Shown here piece after piece: positions 8,576-17,414 of a stretch of 23,975 nt of DNA (its first letter is position 1; the number at the start of each line of letters is the position of its first letter). The stretch spans positions 1-23,975 of the forward strand of contig JBHLOI010000048.1 of assembly GCA_048940645.1 (NCBI GenBank), given 5' to 3'. The notes under the pieces were generated by a model, which worked only from the letters and a program-made list of their open reading frames with translations, searched no databases and had not been told where the DNA came from. The position numbers and the translations under genes are program-made. This DNA is from Promethearchaeota archaeon. GTDB taxonomy: Archaea > Asgardarchaeota > Lokiarchaeia > Sigyniarchaeales > SOKP01.

Positions 8576-9238
8576 ATGCCAAGTTCTGTACTTTCTCACC
8601 AAGCACCAGCATTATTAATTAAATTAAAATATCCAAATAGATTTGATGGAACAGCACTTTGCATCAGTACATTTATTCCTGATATAGATGTAATAATTGA
8701 CTTTTTTTTACCATTTTCAATTAGAGGGATTACTCATAGCCTTTTAGGGTTAATATTATGGACGATTCCCTTAACGATAATCTTAACAATACTATTTTCT
8801 AGATATATAGGACCTTTAAGTGCTAACATTGTAAAGAATAAAAAAATTTTCAAACCTTTAAGGTATTTTGGTATAGATGAATTGACTAATTTGAAGAATA
8901 AAAGATACAACTATAGATTTTTTACTGTTACATTTTATTCAGCTTTAATCGGAGGCTTAACACATCTGTTACTTGATCTCCCTTCACATGAATTAATATA
9001 TATCTTTTATCCTTGGATAATACAATCTCCTGATTTCTTATTATACACAATTAAAGAAGGTAATACTATTTATGTTGGACAAAGTCTTATTGATACGAGT
9101 TTATATGTTTATCGTCTTATTTGGCTTATTGAAACTATTGTAACTTTATTTTTATCTCTTTATCTTCTTAGATATATTAAAAAACATAAATTGATTACCA
9201 AGTGGTATAATTCAAAAAGACTAGAAAAAAATAAATAA
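8576..9238 (+). CDS. DUF4184 family membrane protein (YdjM-like putative metal-binding hydrolase)
   Basis: MP....SH.A, PD, THS and THLLLD...H motifs interleaved with TM helices. Confidence 0.75.
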   Translation: MPSSVLSHQAPALLIKLKYPNRFDGTALCISTFIPDIDVIIDFFLPFSIRGITHSLLGLILWTIPLTIILTILFSRYIGPLSANIVKNKKIFKPLRYFGIDELTNLKNKRYNYRFFTVTFYSALIGGLTHLLLDLPSHELIYIFYPWIIQSPDFLLYTIKEGNTIYVGQSLIDTSLYVYRLIWLIETIVTLFLSLYLLRYIKKHKLITKWYNSKRLEKNK

Positions 9239-9253
9239 CTTAAACCTTTAAGG

Positions 9254-9595
9254 TTAGTTTGCAATTTTAACAAGAGAATTAGGGGTTAAAATCAAATATT
9301 CATCACCAATACGTGCCATAGAACCACCATTCTCTCTTAAAAATGATTTTAAATCTTCAATTCCTCGTTTAAGTTTTGAAACGTCTACTTTTTGAAGAAG
9401 AGTTTTTACATTAATAATAAGAATTCTACGTCCTAACAATTCTTTTTTTATATCTTCAATTTGTTCTAATGATGAAAAATCATATTTCTTAATTAAGAAA
9501 CTTTGTTTTAATGAAGGTAAATCTCTTGAAAAACCCATAGTTTCCTCGGGTGAACCTAGCAAATCTTCATCAAATTTTTTCCAAAATTTACCCAA
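9254..9595 (-). CDS. sepF: Cell division protein SepF (archaeal type, FtsZ membrane anchor)
   Basis: C-terminal core IKKEL..RRILIINV..L......LKRGIEDLK......GGSMARIGDEYLILTP and an N-terminal amphipathic segment (MGKFWKKF). TTG at 9595 follows an SD-like GGAAGTGA; alternative TTG at 9613. Confidence 0.82.
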   Translation of the reverse strand: MGKFWKKFDEDLLGSPEETMGFSRDLPSLKQSFLIKKYDFSSLEQIEDIKKELLGRRILIINVKTLLQKVDVSKLKRGIEDLKSFLRENGGSMARIGDEYLILTPNSLVKIAN

Positions 9596-10011
9596 TTTAG
9601 AGATCACTTCCAAATTGACTTCTATAATAATTACGGTAGAAATGTATATAATCTTATATTTAAATTAATAAGTTATTGTGATGATAGCTTTTCAAATATA
9701 GAGAAAATACAAAATTTACCTTTTATCAACTTAATTTAGAGATATAATGTAAAATAAACCACTTTAAACAGTGTAATATGTAGATAACACCCAAATTAAG
9801 TAACTCACTATTAGCATTATAAGATTCCTTAGAATTACTCCATTAATCCTCCTAACTTTCATATTTTTTTATTTAAATATATTAAAAACCTGATTCAAGA
9901 GAATAATATCCTTATAAATATATAGTTCGCGAAATAATTATCTTGAATTTAAAGTTAAACTAGTACGTTAAAATTTTATTTTAAATAGGTAAAGTAAAAC
10001 TTGAGAATTTA

Positions 10012-10017
10012 TTTATA
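10012..10017 (+). promoter_or_regulatory. Putative TATA box of the DUF35/thiolase-like operon
   Basis: TTTATA about 60 nt upstream of ATG 10076, preceded by a purine-rich stretch (GAGAA) and followed by three AATCAT direct repeats. Confidence 0.35.
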
Positions 10018-10075
10018 CTACTAATCATAATATTAATCATTATAAAATCATAAAAGAAATTTTGGAAAAGAAGTT

Positions 10076-10537
10076 ATGAACGAAAAAGTTATAATTGGTA
10101 ACAAGGGTTTAATTCGGGCAGAATTCAATTTCTGGGTGGGTCGATATCTTGATAAATTTTATGATAATCTCGAAAATAAGAAAATCGTTGGAAATAAATG
10201 CCCAAAATGCGGCGATGTGTTTGTACCTCCAAGAAAAGTATGTGGAAAGTGTAATGGAGTTATTACTTTTGAAGAAAATTGGGTTAATTTACCTGAAACG
10301 GGAACATTACTGAATTATACAATAACACCATATAAAGTAAATGATAGAGCATTTAGGAAAGTGAAAAAGCCTCAAAAAATTGGGATGATTCAAATTGATG
10401 GAAGCGATACTGCTATTGTTTACCGACTATTAGACTTAGAACCAAATGAGATCAAATTAGGGATGAAATTAAAGGTTGAATGGGAGGAAAAAACAAAAGG
10501 AGACCCTTCAGATATAAAGGGTTTCACAAAGCAATAG
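10076..10537 (+). CDS. DUF35 protein (Zn-ribbon plus OB-fold, ChsH2-like acyl-CoA-binding scaffold)
   Basis: KIVGNKCPKCG.VFVPPRKVCGKC, WV.L.ETGTL..YT, IQIDGSDT, IKLGMKLKVEW. Confidence 0.93.
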   Translation: MNEKVIIGNKGLIRAEFNFWVGRYLDKFYDNLENKKIVGNKCPKCGDVFVPPRKVCGKCNGVITFEENWVNLPETGTLLNYTITPYKVNDRAFRKVKKPQKIGMIQIDGSDTAIVYRLLDLEPNEIKLGMKLKVEWEEKTKGDPSDIKGFTKQ

Positions 10538-10543
10538 AGGGGG

Positions 10544-11695
10544 TTGAAATCAATGCAGAAAGTTGGTATTGTTGGATATAATCAAGTAAAATTATACTCA
10601 GATGCTAATTATGGTAGATATGAGATGATTTTTGAGGCTGTACGAGGTGCTCTAGACAGCGTAGGTCTGAAAAAGAAAGATATATCGACTGTAGTTTCGG
10701 CTACTAATGACTATTATGATGGTCGAACAATCTCAAATGCATTAACTGTAGAGCCTGGAGGAGGATACTTAACTGATGAATCCAAGGTTGAAATGGACGG
10801 TGCTCATGCTGTATTATATGGATTAATGCGGATTTTATCCGGTAATCATAGTTTGGCAGTTGTATGGGGTGGGAGTATGGCATCCTGTTTTCCATACCAT
10901 ACTGCTCGATTATATGAAACAGATCCTATATGGGAGCGTCCATTAGCTTATGTAAATGATATAAGTTCTTCCGGCTTTCAGATGAGAGCTTATATGGAAA
11001 AGTTTGGGGTAAGTGCTGAAGATATTGCTAAAATCGCTGTTAAAAATAGAAAAAACGCTGCAAAAAACCAATTAGCTTTAGTAGAAGCTCAAAATCCAAA
11101 CTTAACAATTAAAGATGTTTTAGAATCTGAGATTTATGCTGATCCGGTAACAGAACTAATGGTAGCTCAACCTTGCGATGGTGTGGCAGCTTTATTATTA
11201 GCACCAGAAAAGCAAGCACTAAAGATCACAGATAATCCAGTTTGGATTATAGGTGTGGGTTATAATCAAGAAACTTATTATCTTGGAGAAAGAGACTTAT
11301 CTATTAGTAAATCCATGGAATTAGCAAGTAAAATGGCTTTTAATGCCGCTGGAGTCAAAGATCCTATAAATGAAATTGACGTGGCTGAGTTATTTGAAGC
11401 TTATGCTCACGAAGAATTAATACTTAGCGAAGCTTTAGGATTTGCTGAAAAAGGTAAAGGAACAACTTTAAACTCTGAAATTGATGGTGATATGCCCATT
11501 AATCCGTCTGGAGGCGCTTTGGGGGGAAATCCACCTTGTGCAACTGGTTTAATAAGAATTATTGAGGCTGTTAAACAACTAAGAGGGGAGGCAAGTGGCT
11601 ATCAGGTCAAAGGTGCTAAAAAAGCTATTGCCTCGGGTCAAATAGGTTTATGCGCCCAAAACAATATATTGTATGTATTAGAAGGAGGTAATTAA
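10544..11695 (+). CDS. Thiolase-fold (SCP-x type) protein, Ltp4-like putative aldolase subunit
   Basis: DYYDGR...ESKVEMDGAHA, where the thiolase nucleophile Cys position is replaced, resembling the ESHVEMDAAWA segment I recall from mycobacterial Ltp4. Also KNRKNA, DGVAAL, INPSGG. Confidence 0.82.
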   Translation: MKSMQKVGIVGYNQVKLYSDANYGRYEMIFEAVRGALDSVGLKKKDISTVVSATNDYYDGRTISNALTVEPGGGYLTDESKVEMDGAHAVLYGLMRILSGNHSLAVVWGGSMASCFPYHTARLYETDPIWERPLAYVNDISSSGFQMRAYMEKFGVSAEDIAKIAVKNRKNAAKNQLALVEAQNPNLTIKDVLESEIYADPVTELMVAQPCDGVAALLLAPEKQALKITDNPVWIIGVGYNQETYYLGERDLSISKSMELASKMAFNAAGVKDPINEIDVAELFEAYAHEELILSEALGFAEKGKGTTLNSEIDGDMPINPSGGALGGNPPCATGLIRIIEAVKQLRGEASGYQVKGAKKAIASGQIGLCAQNNILYVLEGGN

Positions 11696-11697
11696 AA

Positions 11698-12945
11698 ATG
11701 GGAAGACAAGTTTGTGTTGCGGGTGCAGGTTTTAGTGAGCATGCATCAAAGCGTTCAGATGTAAACATGCCGGAACTAGTAAATGAAGCAATAAAAGATT
11801 GCCTAAAAAGAGTTCCAGGTCTTGATATTAAAGATATTGATGCTTTTGTAAATGGGAATATGCCTGCGTTTGAAGGATCAAATATTCCTGAATTATGGAT
11901 GACAGATTGGATGGGTGCCAGAAATAAACCATTACTGCGAGTCACGACAGGAGGTACTACAGGTGGTTCGGTAGCTATTGCTGGATATTACTCTGTTGCT
12001 GCTGGGATACCCGGTATTGATACTGTGTTAGCTATCGCTTTCGAACAGCAATCTCAAGGTGATACAAGTGTTGGACTTGCTAGTGTAGCTTATGGAGAAA
12101 TATCAGTCATGAACTCACTAGGTATTCCTTATGATCAATTAACACTCCTTTTATCCGGTGGTGCTGCTATAGGAATTGCTTCTTATCAAGCTACTAATTA
12201 TATGCGTAAAAGTAAGATTACTGAAGAAGATTTAGCAAGAGTTGTTGTTCAAAATAGACATAATGCAGCAAAAACATGGTGGGCTCATCTTAAAATGCCC
12301 GATCTTACAATTGAGGATGTTTTAGATACACCCTATATTTCATATCCTTTAAGATATGGAATGGTTTGTCCAGCATCCGATGGAGCATGCGCAATGCTAT
12401 TTACAACCGAAGAAAAAGCGAAAGATATATGTGACATTCCCGTTTATGTAAATGGAGTAGGTAGTGTAGCAAATGAGACAGCTCTCATTGGCTATGGGGG
12501 GAGTGGATCTGGTCAATTAGACCTTTCTGAACAATTAGGAGCTCAAAGAACTTCCGAAATAGCTTTTAAACAAGCAGGAATTCTTTTTCCAAGAAAACAA
12601 ATTGATTATGCCGAAGTTTATTCACCATTTCCTAACCAAGAACTTATGTGGGTCGAAAAATTGGGTCTATTTGAAGAAAATACGGCGCCAAAAATGTATA
12701 AAACTGGAGTTACTGCTTTAAATGGCGAATTACCAATCAACTGTTCGGGAGGAGTTAATTCTACAAATGCTATAGGAGCCTCAGCATTAGAAAGACCTGC
12801 TGAAGCGGCTTTACAAATTATGGGAACGGCTAGCAATCAAGTCCCTAAAACTGTACATACATCATTGGGACATGGATGGGGAGGTTATGTCAATTTGGTA
12901 ACAATGATGGTTATGGCTGATGAACCAGCGAGAAAATTTAAATAA
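11698..12945 (+). CDS. Thiolase-fold (SCP-x type) protein, Ltp3-like putative aldolase subunit
   Basis: KRSDVNMPELV.EAI, FEG..IPELWM.D.MGA.NKPLLRV.TGG..GGS, AFEQQS, WAHL.MPDLT, CPASDGACA, AEVYSPF, SGGV.STNAIGAS, GHGWGG; co-linear with actinobacterial Ltp3 as I recall it. GGAGGT SD. Confidence 0.85.
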   Translation: MGRQVCVAGAGFSEHASKRSDVNMPELVNEAIKDCLKRVPGLDIKDIDAFVNGNMPAFEGSNIPELWMTDWMGARNKPLLRVTTGGTTGGSVAIAGYYSVAAGIPGIDTVLAIAFEQQSQGDTSVGLASVAYGEISVMNSLGIPYDQLTLLLSGGAAIGIASYQATNYMRKSKITEEDLARVVVQNRHNAAKTWWAHLKMPDLTIEDVLDTPYISYPLRYGMVCPASDGACAMLFTTEEKAKDICDIPVYVNGVGSVANETALIGYGGSGSGQLDLSEQLGAQRTSEIAFKQAGILFPRKQIDYAEVYSPFPNQELMWVEKLGLFEENTAPKMYKTGVTALNGELPINCSGGVNSTNAIGASALERPAEAALQIMGTASNQVPKTVHTSLGHGWGGYVNLVTMMVMADEPARKFK

Positions 12946-12964
12946 AAAAAGGAGGTAGTAAAAA

Positions 12965-13495
12965 TTGTCTAAAAGAACGTTAAGGAAATCAATGGACTAT
13001 ATTAAAAAAGAATATGTTAGAACAAGGACTATGCCAGCAAGCTGGTATTTATCCAGTTATAAATTTAAATTTAATATTACTCATATGACACCATTTCTTG
13101 ATAAATTAAAGCAGAAAAAGTTGGTTGGGTTGCAGTGCTCAAGTTGTAATAGAATTTATTTTCCACCACGACAAATTTGTGGCAAGTGCCTTGTGAAACC
13201 TGATAGGTGGGTTGATTTGCGAGAAACTGGGAGAGTTGCCTCTTTCACTGCGACTTATTTAAAAGATCCAGAAACTGGCGAAGTTATAGAACGACCTATT
13301 GTGTGTGCCCAATTAGATGGAGCAGATACTTCTTACCCAGCACAATTGGATCCTGATGTTGAATTTAAGGATACATACATTGGTATGCCCATAAAGGTTC
13401 ATTGGGCAGATGATATTAAGGGTGGACTAATGGATATCGAATATTATGATCCTATTGAAGACAACGCTAAAGATTTACAATCTAAAGAAGATTAA
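12965..13495 (+). CDS. DUF35 protein (Zn-ribbon plus OB-fold)
   Basis: KLVGLQCSSC.RIYFPPRQICGKC, WVDL.ETG.V.SFT, QLDGADT, IGMPIKVHW; GGAGGT SD before the TTG start. Confidence 0.93.
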   Translation: MSKRTLRKSMDYIKKEYVRTRTMPASWYLSSYKFKFNITHMTPFLDKLKQKKLVGLQCSSCNRIYFPPRQICGKCLVKPDRWVDLRETGRVASFTATYLKDPETGEVIERPIVCAQLDGADTSYPAQLDPDVEFKDTYIGMPIKVHWADDIKGGLMDIEYYDPIEDNAKDLQSKED

Positions 13496-13517
13496 TAAAA
13501 AAATTTTACATTTTTAT
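13496..13517. terminator. Probable bidirectional oligo-T terminator between convergent genes
   Basis: 22-nt gap carrying an A-tract then a T-tract (TAAAAAAATTTTACATTTTTA), giving a T-run on each strand just after each stop codon. Confidence 0.4.
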
Positions 13518-15191
13518 TTATTTGAATATTATTCCCTCTAAAGGATTTAATTTAATATTTCCATCATACGCTTCGAAGTCTAATGCAACTCTGTTAGATA
13601 AAGTAGAGAATAGTAGACTCGGGTTATGTATTGGACTTTTAACTAATCTTTTTTCTTTGGAGAAATTTAGAATTACAAAAATTTGCTCATTAAGATTGTA
13701 TCTACGATACGCTAAATATTTATTTTTTGCTCCATTTAGTTTTAAAAATTCAAATTTACCTTCCTGTAATAATCCATTTGCTTTACGTGTCTTTAGTAAT
13801 CTTTTATAGCAATTTAATAAAGAGCTGGGATTCTTTTCTTCTTTTACCACATTTACTTTCTTGTATGTTTCTGGAACTCTTAACCAGGGTTTAATTTGAT
13901 AATTAATCGAGAAACCTGCATTTTGTTCCGAATTCCATTGCATAGGTGTTCGACATCTATCACGAGTTAAAGAAAAACCAATTAATTTGCTGATTAAAGG
14001 AATTGGGAAAAATGAAAATTTCTGACCAATTGGATCTTGACTATCTTTTAATTTAATATCAACGTTTAACATCCCAATTTCTTCTCCGTAATAGATAAAT
14101 GGGATTCCCCTTAACGTTAATTGCATAGTAGCTAACAATTTAGCCTTTTGAATATTTTTATTTATGATAGAAATGTATCTATCTCTATCATGATTACCGT
14201 AAACATAAGAAGGTGTAAAAGGGGGGTGTAATATTTCCTCTATTTGTGAAATCAATCTAAAAATCTTCCTTGGTTTAAATGAGAGTGCTATAGAGGTAAA
14301 TTTAAATAGAAAAACTGAATGTAAACCATCATTATTCGGACCATAGTATTTTGCTAATTCTTTAATATTTCCGAATACTTCTCCTATTAGGAATCTTTCT
14401 GGTTCATATTCATCCGTAACTTTTCGCAATTCCATGGCAAAATCATAAGTTTCAGGAAGATTCAAATCATATTTATGCTTTCGAAATAAAGAAGCTACGC
14501 TATTTTCTGATGGAAGTAATTTTAAGCAGAATTCATCATTTCTCAATTTGGCATCTTCAAAGATGGAATGTAAAATATCTAAACGAAACCCATCAACCCC
14601 CTTATCTAACCAAAATCTTAATGTATTAAACATTTCTTCCTTAACTTCTGGGTTTCTATAATTTAAATCAGGTTGAAAAGGTAAAAAGTGAAAATAAACC
14701 CATTGATCTGTATTTTTAAAATATCTCCATGCTAAACCCCCTGGTATAGCTTTCCAATTATTTGGTGGTTTCTTCCCTTTAGGTTTCTTACCATCACGCC
14801 ATATATACCAATCACGTTTAGGATTATCTTTACTGGAAGCTGATTCTTTAAACCATGGATGTTCATCTGAAGTATGATTAAGCACTAAATCTAAAACGAT
14901 CTTCATGTTTCTTCTATGTATTTCATTGAGAAGATCATCAAAATTTCTCATTGTACCATAAACAGGATCTATAGATCGAAAATTAGAAACATCGTAACCA
15001 TGGTCTCCTTGAGGAGAGTTAAAAAATGGATTAAGCCAAATCGTTTCAATTCCTAATCCTTCTAAATAATCAAGATTTTCAAATACTCCTCTTAGATCTC
15101 CTATTCCATTACCAGTAGTATCTTTAAAACTTCTAGGATAAATTTGATAAACAACTGTTTTTTGCCACCACTTTAAATTATCCCCACTCAT
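13518..15191 (-). CDS. GH13 alpha-glucosidase / oligo-1,6-glucosidase family
   Basis: WWQ..VVYQIYPRSFKD..GNGIGDL, DHGYDV, DLVLNHTSDEHPWF, QPDLN; catalytic GFRLD, IGE and GNHD; RD..RTPMQW. Confidence 0.95.
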   Translation of the reverse strand: MSGDNLKWWQKTVVYQIYPRSFKDTTGNGIGDLRGVFENLDYLEGLGIETIWLNPFFNSPQGDHGYDVSNFRSIDPVYGTMRNFDDLLNEIHRRNMKIVLDLVLNHTSDEHPWFKESASSKDNPKRDWYIWRDGKKPKGKKPPNNWKAIPGGLAWRYFKNTDQWVYFHFLPFQPDLNYRNPEVKEEMFNTLRFWLDKGVDGFRLDILHSIFEDAKLRNDEFCLKLLPSENSVASLFRKHKYDLNLPETYDFAMELRKVTDEYEPERFLIGEVFGNIKELAKYYGPNNDGLHSVFLFKFTSIALSFKPRKIFRLISQIEEILHPPFTPSYVYGNHDRDRYISIINKNIQKAKLLATMQLTLRGIPFIYYGEEIGMLNVDIKLKDSQDPIGQKFSFFPIPLISKLIGFSLTRDRCRTPMQWNSEQNAGFSINYQIKPWLRVPETYKKVNVVKEEKNPSSLLNCYKRLLKTRKANGLLQEGKFEFLKLNGAKNKYLAYRRYNLNEQIFVILNFSKEKRLVKSPIHNPSLLFSTLSNRVALDFEAYDGNIKLNPLEGIIFK

Positions 15192-15295
15192 AAATCATGC
15201 AATATTTAAAATAATAAAATCTTTTTTCAATTATTCTATTGTAGCCTCTAATTTTAAGAAAAGTATAAATTATTTCAATGCCCTATTTTTAAATT

Positions 15296-15829
15296 ATGGA
15301 ATCAAAAACTTTGGAATTAATAGATCTTATAAAGTCCCGACGAAGTGTTAGAAATTTTATCTATGAAAAGATTGATAATGAATCAATAAAAGAAATAATA
15401 GAATGTGGTAGATGGGCGCCATCAGGTCAAAATAACCAACCTTGGAAAGTCTGTATTGTAGTCCATCCAACTGTTAAAAGAATGATTGCTGAGCAGTCTG
15501 AATATGGGGGTATTATTGAAAGTGCTTATGTTAATCTTGTAATATTTTTAGATCTCGATCGAAGTTATGATAGAACAAAAGACCTTCAAGCCATGGGTGC
15601 TTTTATTCAGAACATTCTATTAGGAATCCATGCAAAAGGATTAGGAGGAGTATGGATCGGTGAAATCTTAAAAAGTAAGGAAAAAATTAACGAGATTTTC
15701 AAACTTCCAATAGAAAAATATGAACTCATGTGTGTTATTACCTTCGGTATAATTGATGAAGCAATGGAAGGAAAAAGTAAAAAAGAGAGAGAAAGAAGAC
15801 CCATAGATGAATATATTGATTGGTTTTAA
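15296..15829 (+). CDS. Nitroreductase family flavoprotein
   Basis: IKSRRSVRNF, WAPSGQNNQPW, QNILL..HA.GLGGVW, terminal RRP. Confidence 0.93.
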   Translation: MESKTLELIDLIKSRRSVRNFIYEKIDNESIKEIIECGRWAPSGQNNQPWKVCIVVHPTVKRMIAEQSEYGGIIESAYVNLVIFLDLDRSYDRTKDLQAMGAFIQNILLGIHAKGLGGVWIGEILKSKEKINEIFKLPIEKYELMCVITFGIIDEAMEGKSKKERERRPIDEYIDWF

Positions 15830-15888
15830 CAATAATTATATAATAAATCGAATAAACTTTCAATACTGTTTCTTGTTTCGACTAACTT

Positions 15889-17331
15889 TTACTTAGCCTC
15901 ATTATTTTTTCTTAATTCAATTCCTCTCTGTTTTAGGATATTTGAGATTCGATCTACATCTTTATTTACCCATCTTGTGGCAAAAAGCCATAACAAACCA
16001 CCAATTATGCCAATACTCATTGTTATAGATACGGTTATTTGGTAATTCTGATTAAAAGATACCAAGAGAAAGCCTGCTATAATGGGACCGGAACCACTTC
16101 CAATCAACTCTAGGAATTGGTTTGCAGAACTAATAGTTCCCTGAGCTTCTGGTAAATTAATTGCTTGTAATATTGGTGGCTGATTTATATTCCATAACCC
16201 AACCACAGCACGAGCAAGAAAGGCTAATAGACCCATCACCCATATAATGGGAAAAGAAAATACATATAATAGATTTCCGCCATCTTCCTCAGAAATATGA
16301 GGGATCGGAAGGTTAAAAATAACTATATAGAAACCAAAAAGAATAGCAATAGATAATACAATCATATATATTCTATTTTTAATATTTTTCTTAGCTAATT
16401 TATCAGAAAGCTTAGCGAGTGCTAAAGATCCAAATAATCCACCAGGAAGACCAAAAATTATCATATAAATACTTGAAACCGACGGAGATATGTTATGTGG
16501 TTGATCTTGTATATAAGGAATGAATAAGAAATCAGGAACCATCAATAAAATTGTAGTAAATACCCCCTCAATAAAAGCAACTAGATTTGTAGGAGCAAAA
16601 ATAGTTGATTTTATAGTTTCTCTGGTTAATTTATAATTATACTTAATTTTTACATCAATAAGAATATGTTTTAATTCATCATGACTTGCTGCTCTTTTTG
16701 GTTCTTTTCCTTTTAAAAGAATTACAAATCCAAAAATAATGAAAATTGAACCTGTGAACCAAAAGTATTCTCTCCAATAAAGATTTTCAAATAAAAACGC
16801 TGAAATAATCATTCCAATTATTTGAAAAAGTTGAAAAAGCGCCTGTAAAATCCCAAAAAATTGAGAACGCTGGTTTTCTTCTGTGGCATCATTTGCGAAA
16901 GAATTGATAATCGGATAAAAACCACCAGAAGCAAAACCTCTAATTAAATTGAAAACTAAGAAAAAAATAAAAGTGGGTGTTCCTAATCCAGCAGGAGCAA
17001 GACCATTACAAAGTAATCCAACTCCAAAAATTATTTCTGTTAATGACATTAATAGTATACGGGAATATTTGTCTGCTAAAATTCCAAATAAGATACCTGA
17101 TATAGCCATACAATACATGCCAGTACCCACCATTATACCCATTTCAGTTGCATGAAAGTCCTCTCCTGGCCACATTATATTTGAAAATATCAAGAAATTA
17201 ATGAAAATAGTAGATAAATTAAATGCATAAGAATTATATATAAGAAAAGCTGACCAAAGTTTTTTTAAAAAATAAAGAAAACCTACTGATTTTTCTGAAT
17301 TTTTTAAATCCTCCTCAATTTCCATAACCAT
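15889..17331 (-). CDS. MFS transporter (12 TM)
   Basis: Motif A GILADKYSR and its second-half equivalent AKLSDKLAK, R in TM4 (LIRGFASG), YWRE, KEPKR; about 12 hydrophobic segments. Confidence 0.92.
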   Translation of the reverse strand: MVMEIEEDLKNSEKSVGFLYFLKKLWSAFLIYNSYAFNLSTIFINFLIFSNIMWPGEDFHATEMGIMVGTGMYCMAISGILFGILADKYSRILLMSLTEIIFGVGLLCNGLAPAGLGTPTFIFFLVFNLIRGFASGGFYPIINSFANDATEENQRSQFFGILQALFQLFQIIGMIISAFLFENLYWREYFWFTGSIFIIFGFVILLKGKEPKRAASHDELKHILIDVKIKYNYKLTRETIKSTIFAPTNLVAFIEGVFTTILLMVPDFLFIPYIQDQPHNISPSVSSIYMIIFGLPGGLFGSLALAKLSDKLAKKNIKNRIYMIVLSIAILFGFYIVIFNLPIPHISEEDGGNLLYVFSFPIIWVMGLLAFLARAVVGLWNINQPPILQAINLPEAQGTISSANQFLELIGSGSGPIIAGFLLVSFNQNYQITVSITMSIGIIGGLLWLFATRWVNKDVDRISNILKQRGIELRKNNEAK

Positions 17332-17414
17332 TGAAAAGGATTAAATAATTTAAAACTTTCTTTTGTAATCTAAAATGAGTAATTGTAGAAAAGTTAAAAT
17401 ACTAAAAAATGTGG

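Noticed and set aside
9614-10075. CRISPR array or structured ncRNA in the long intergenic gap
   Set aside because: No regularly spaced repeats of about 25-40 nt and no GC-rich stem-forming segment visible.
10544-12945. Calling the two thiolase-fold genes acetoacetyl-CoA thiolase of the mevalonate pathway (thiolase/DUF35/HMG-CoA synthase complex)
   Set aside because: Both lack the nucleophilic Cys motif, no HMG-CoA synthase is adjacent, and the motifs fit the Ltp3/Ltp4 aldolase-type subfamily better.
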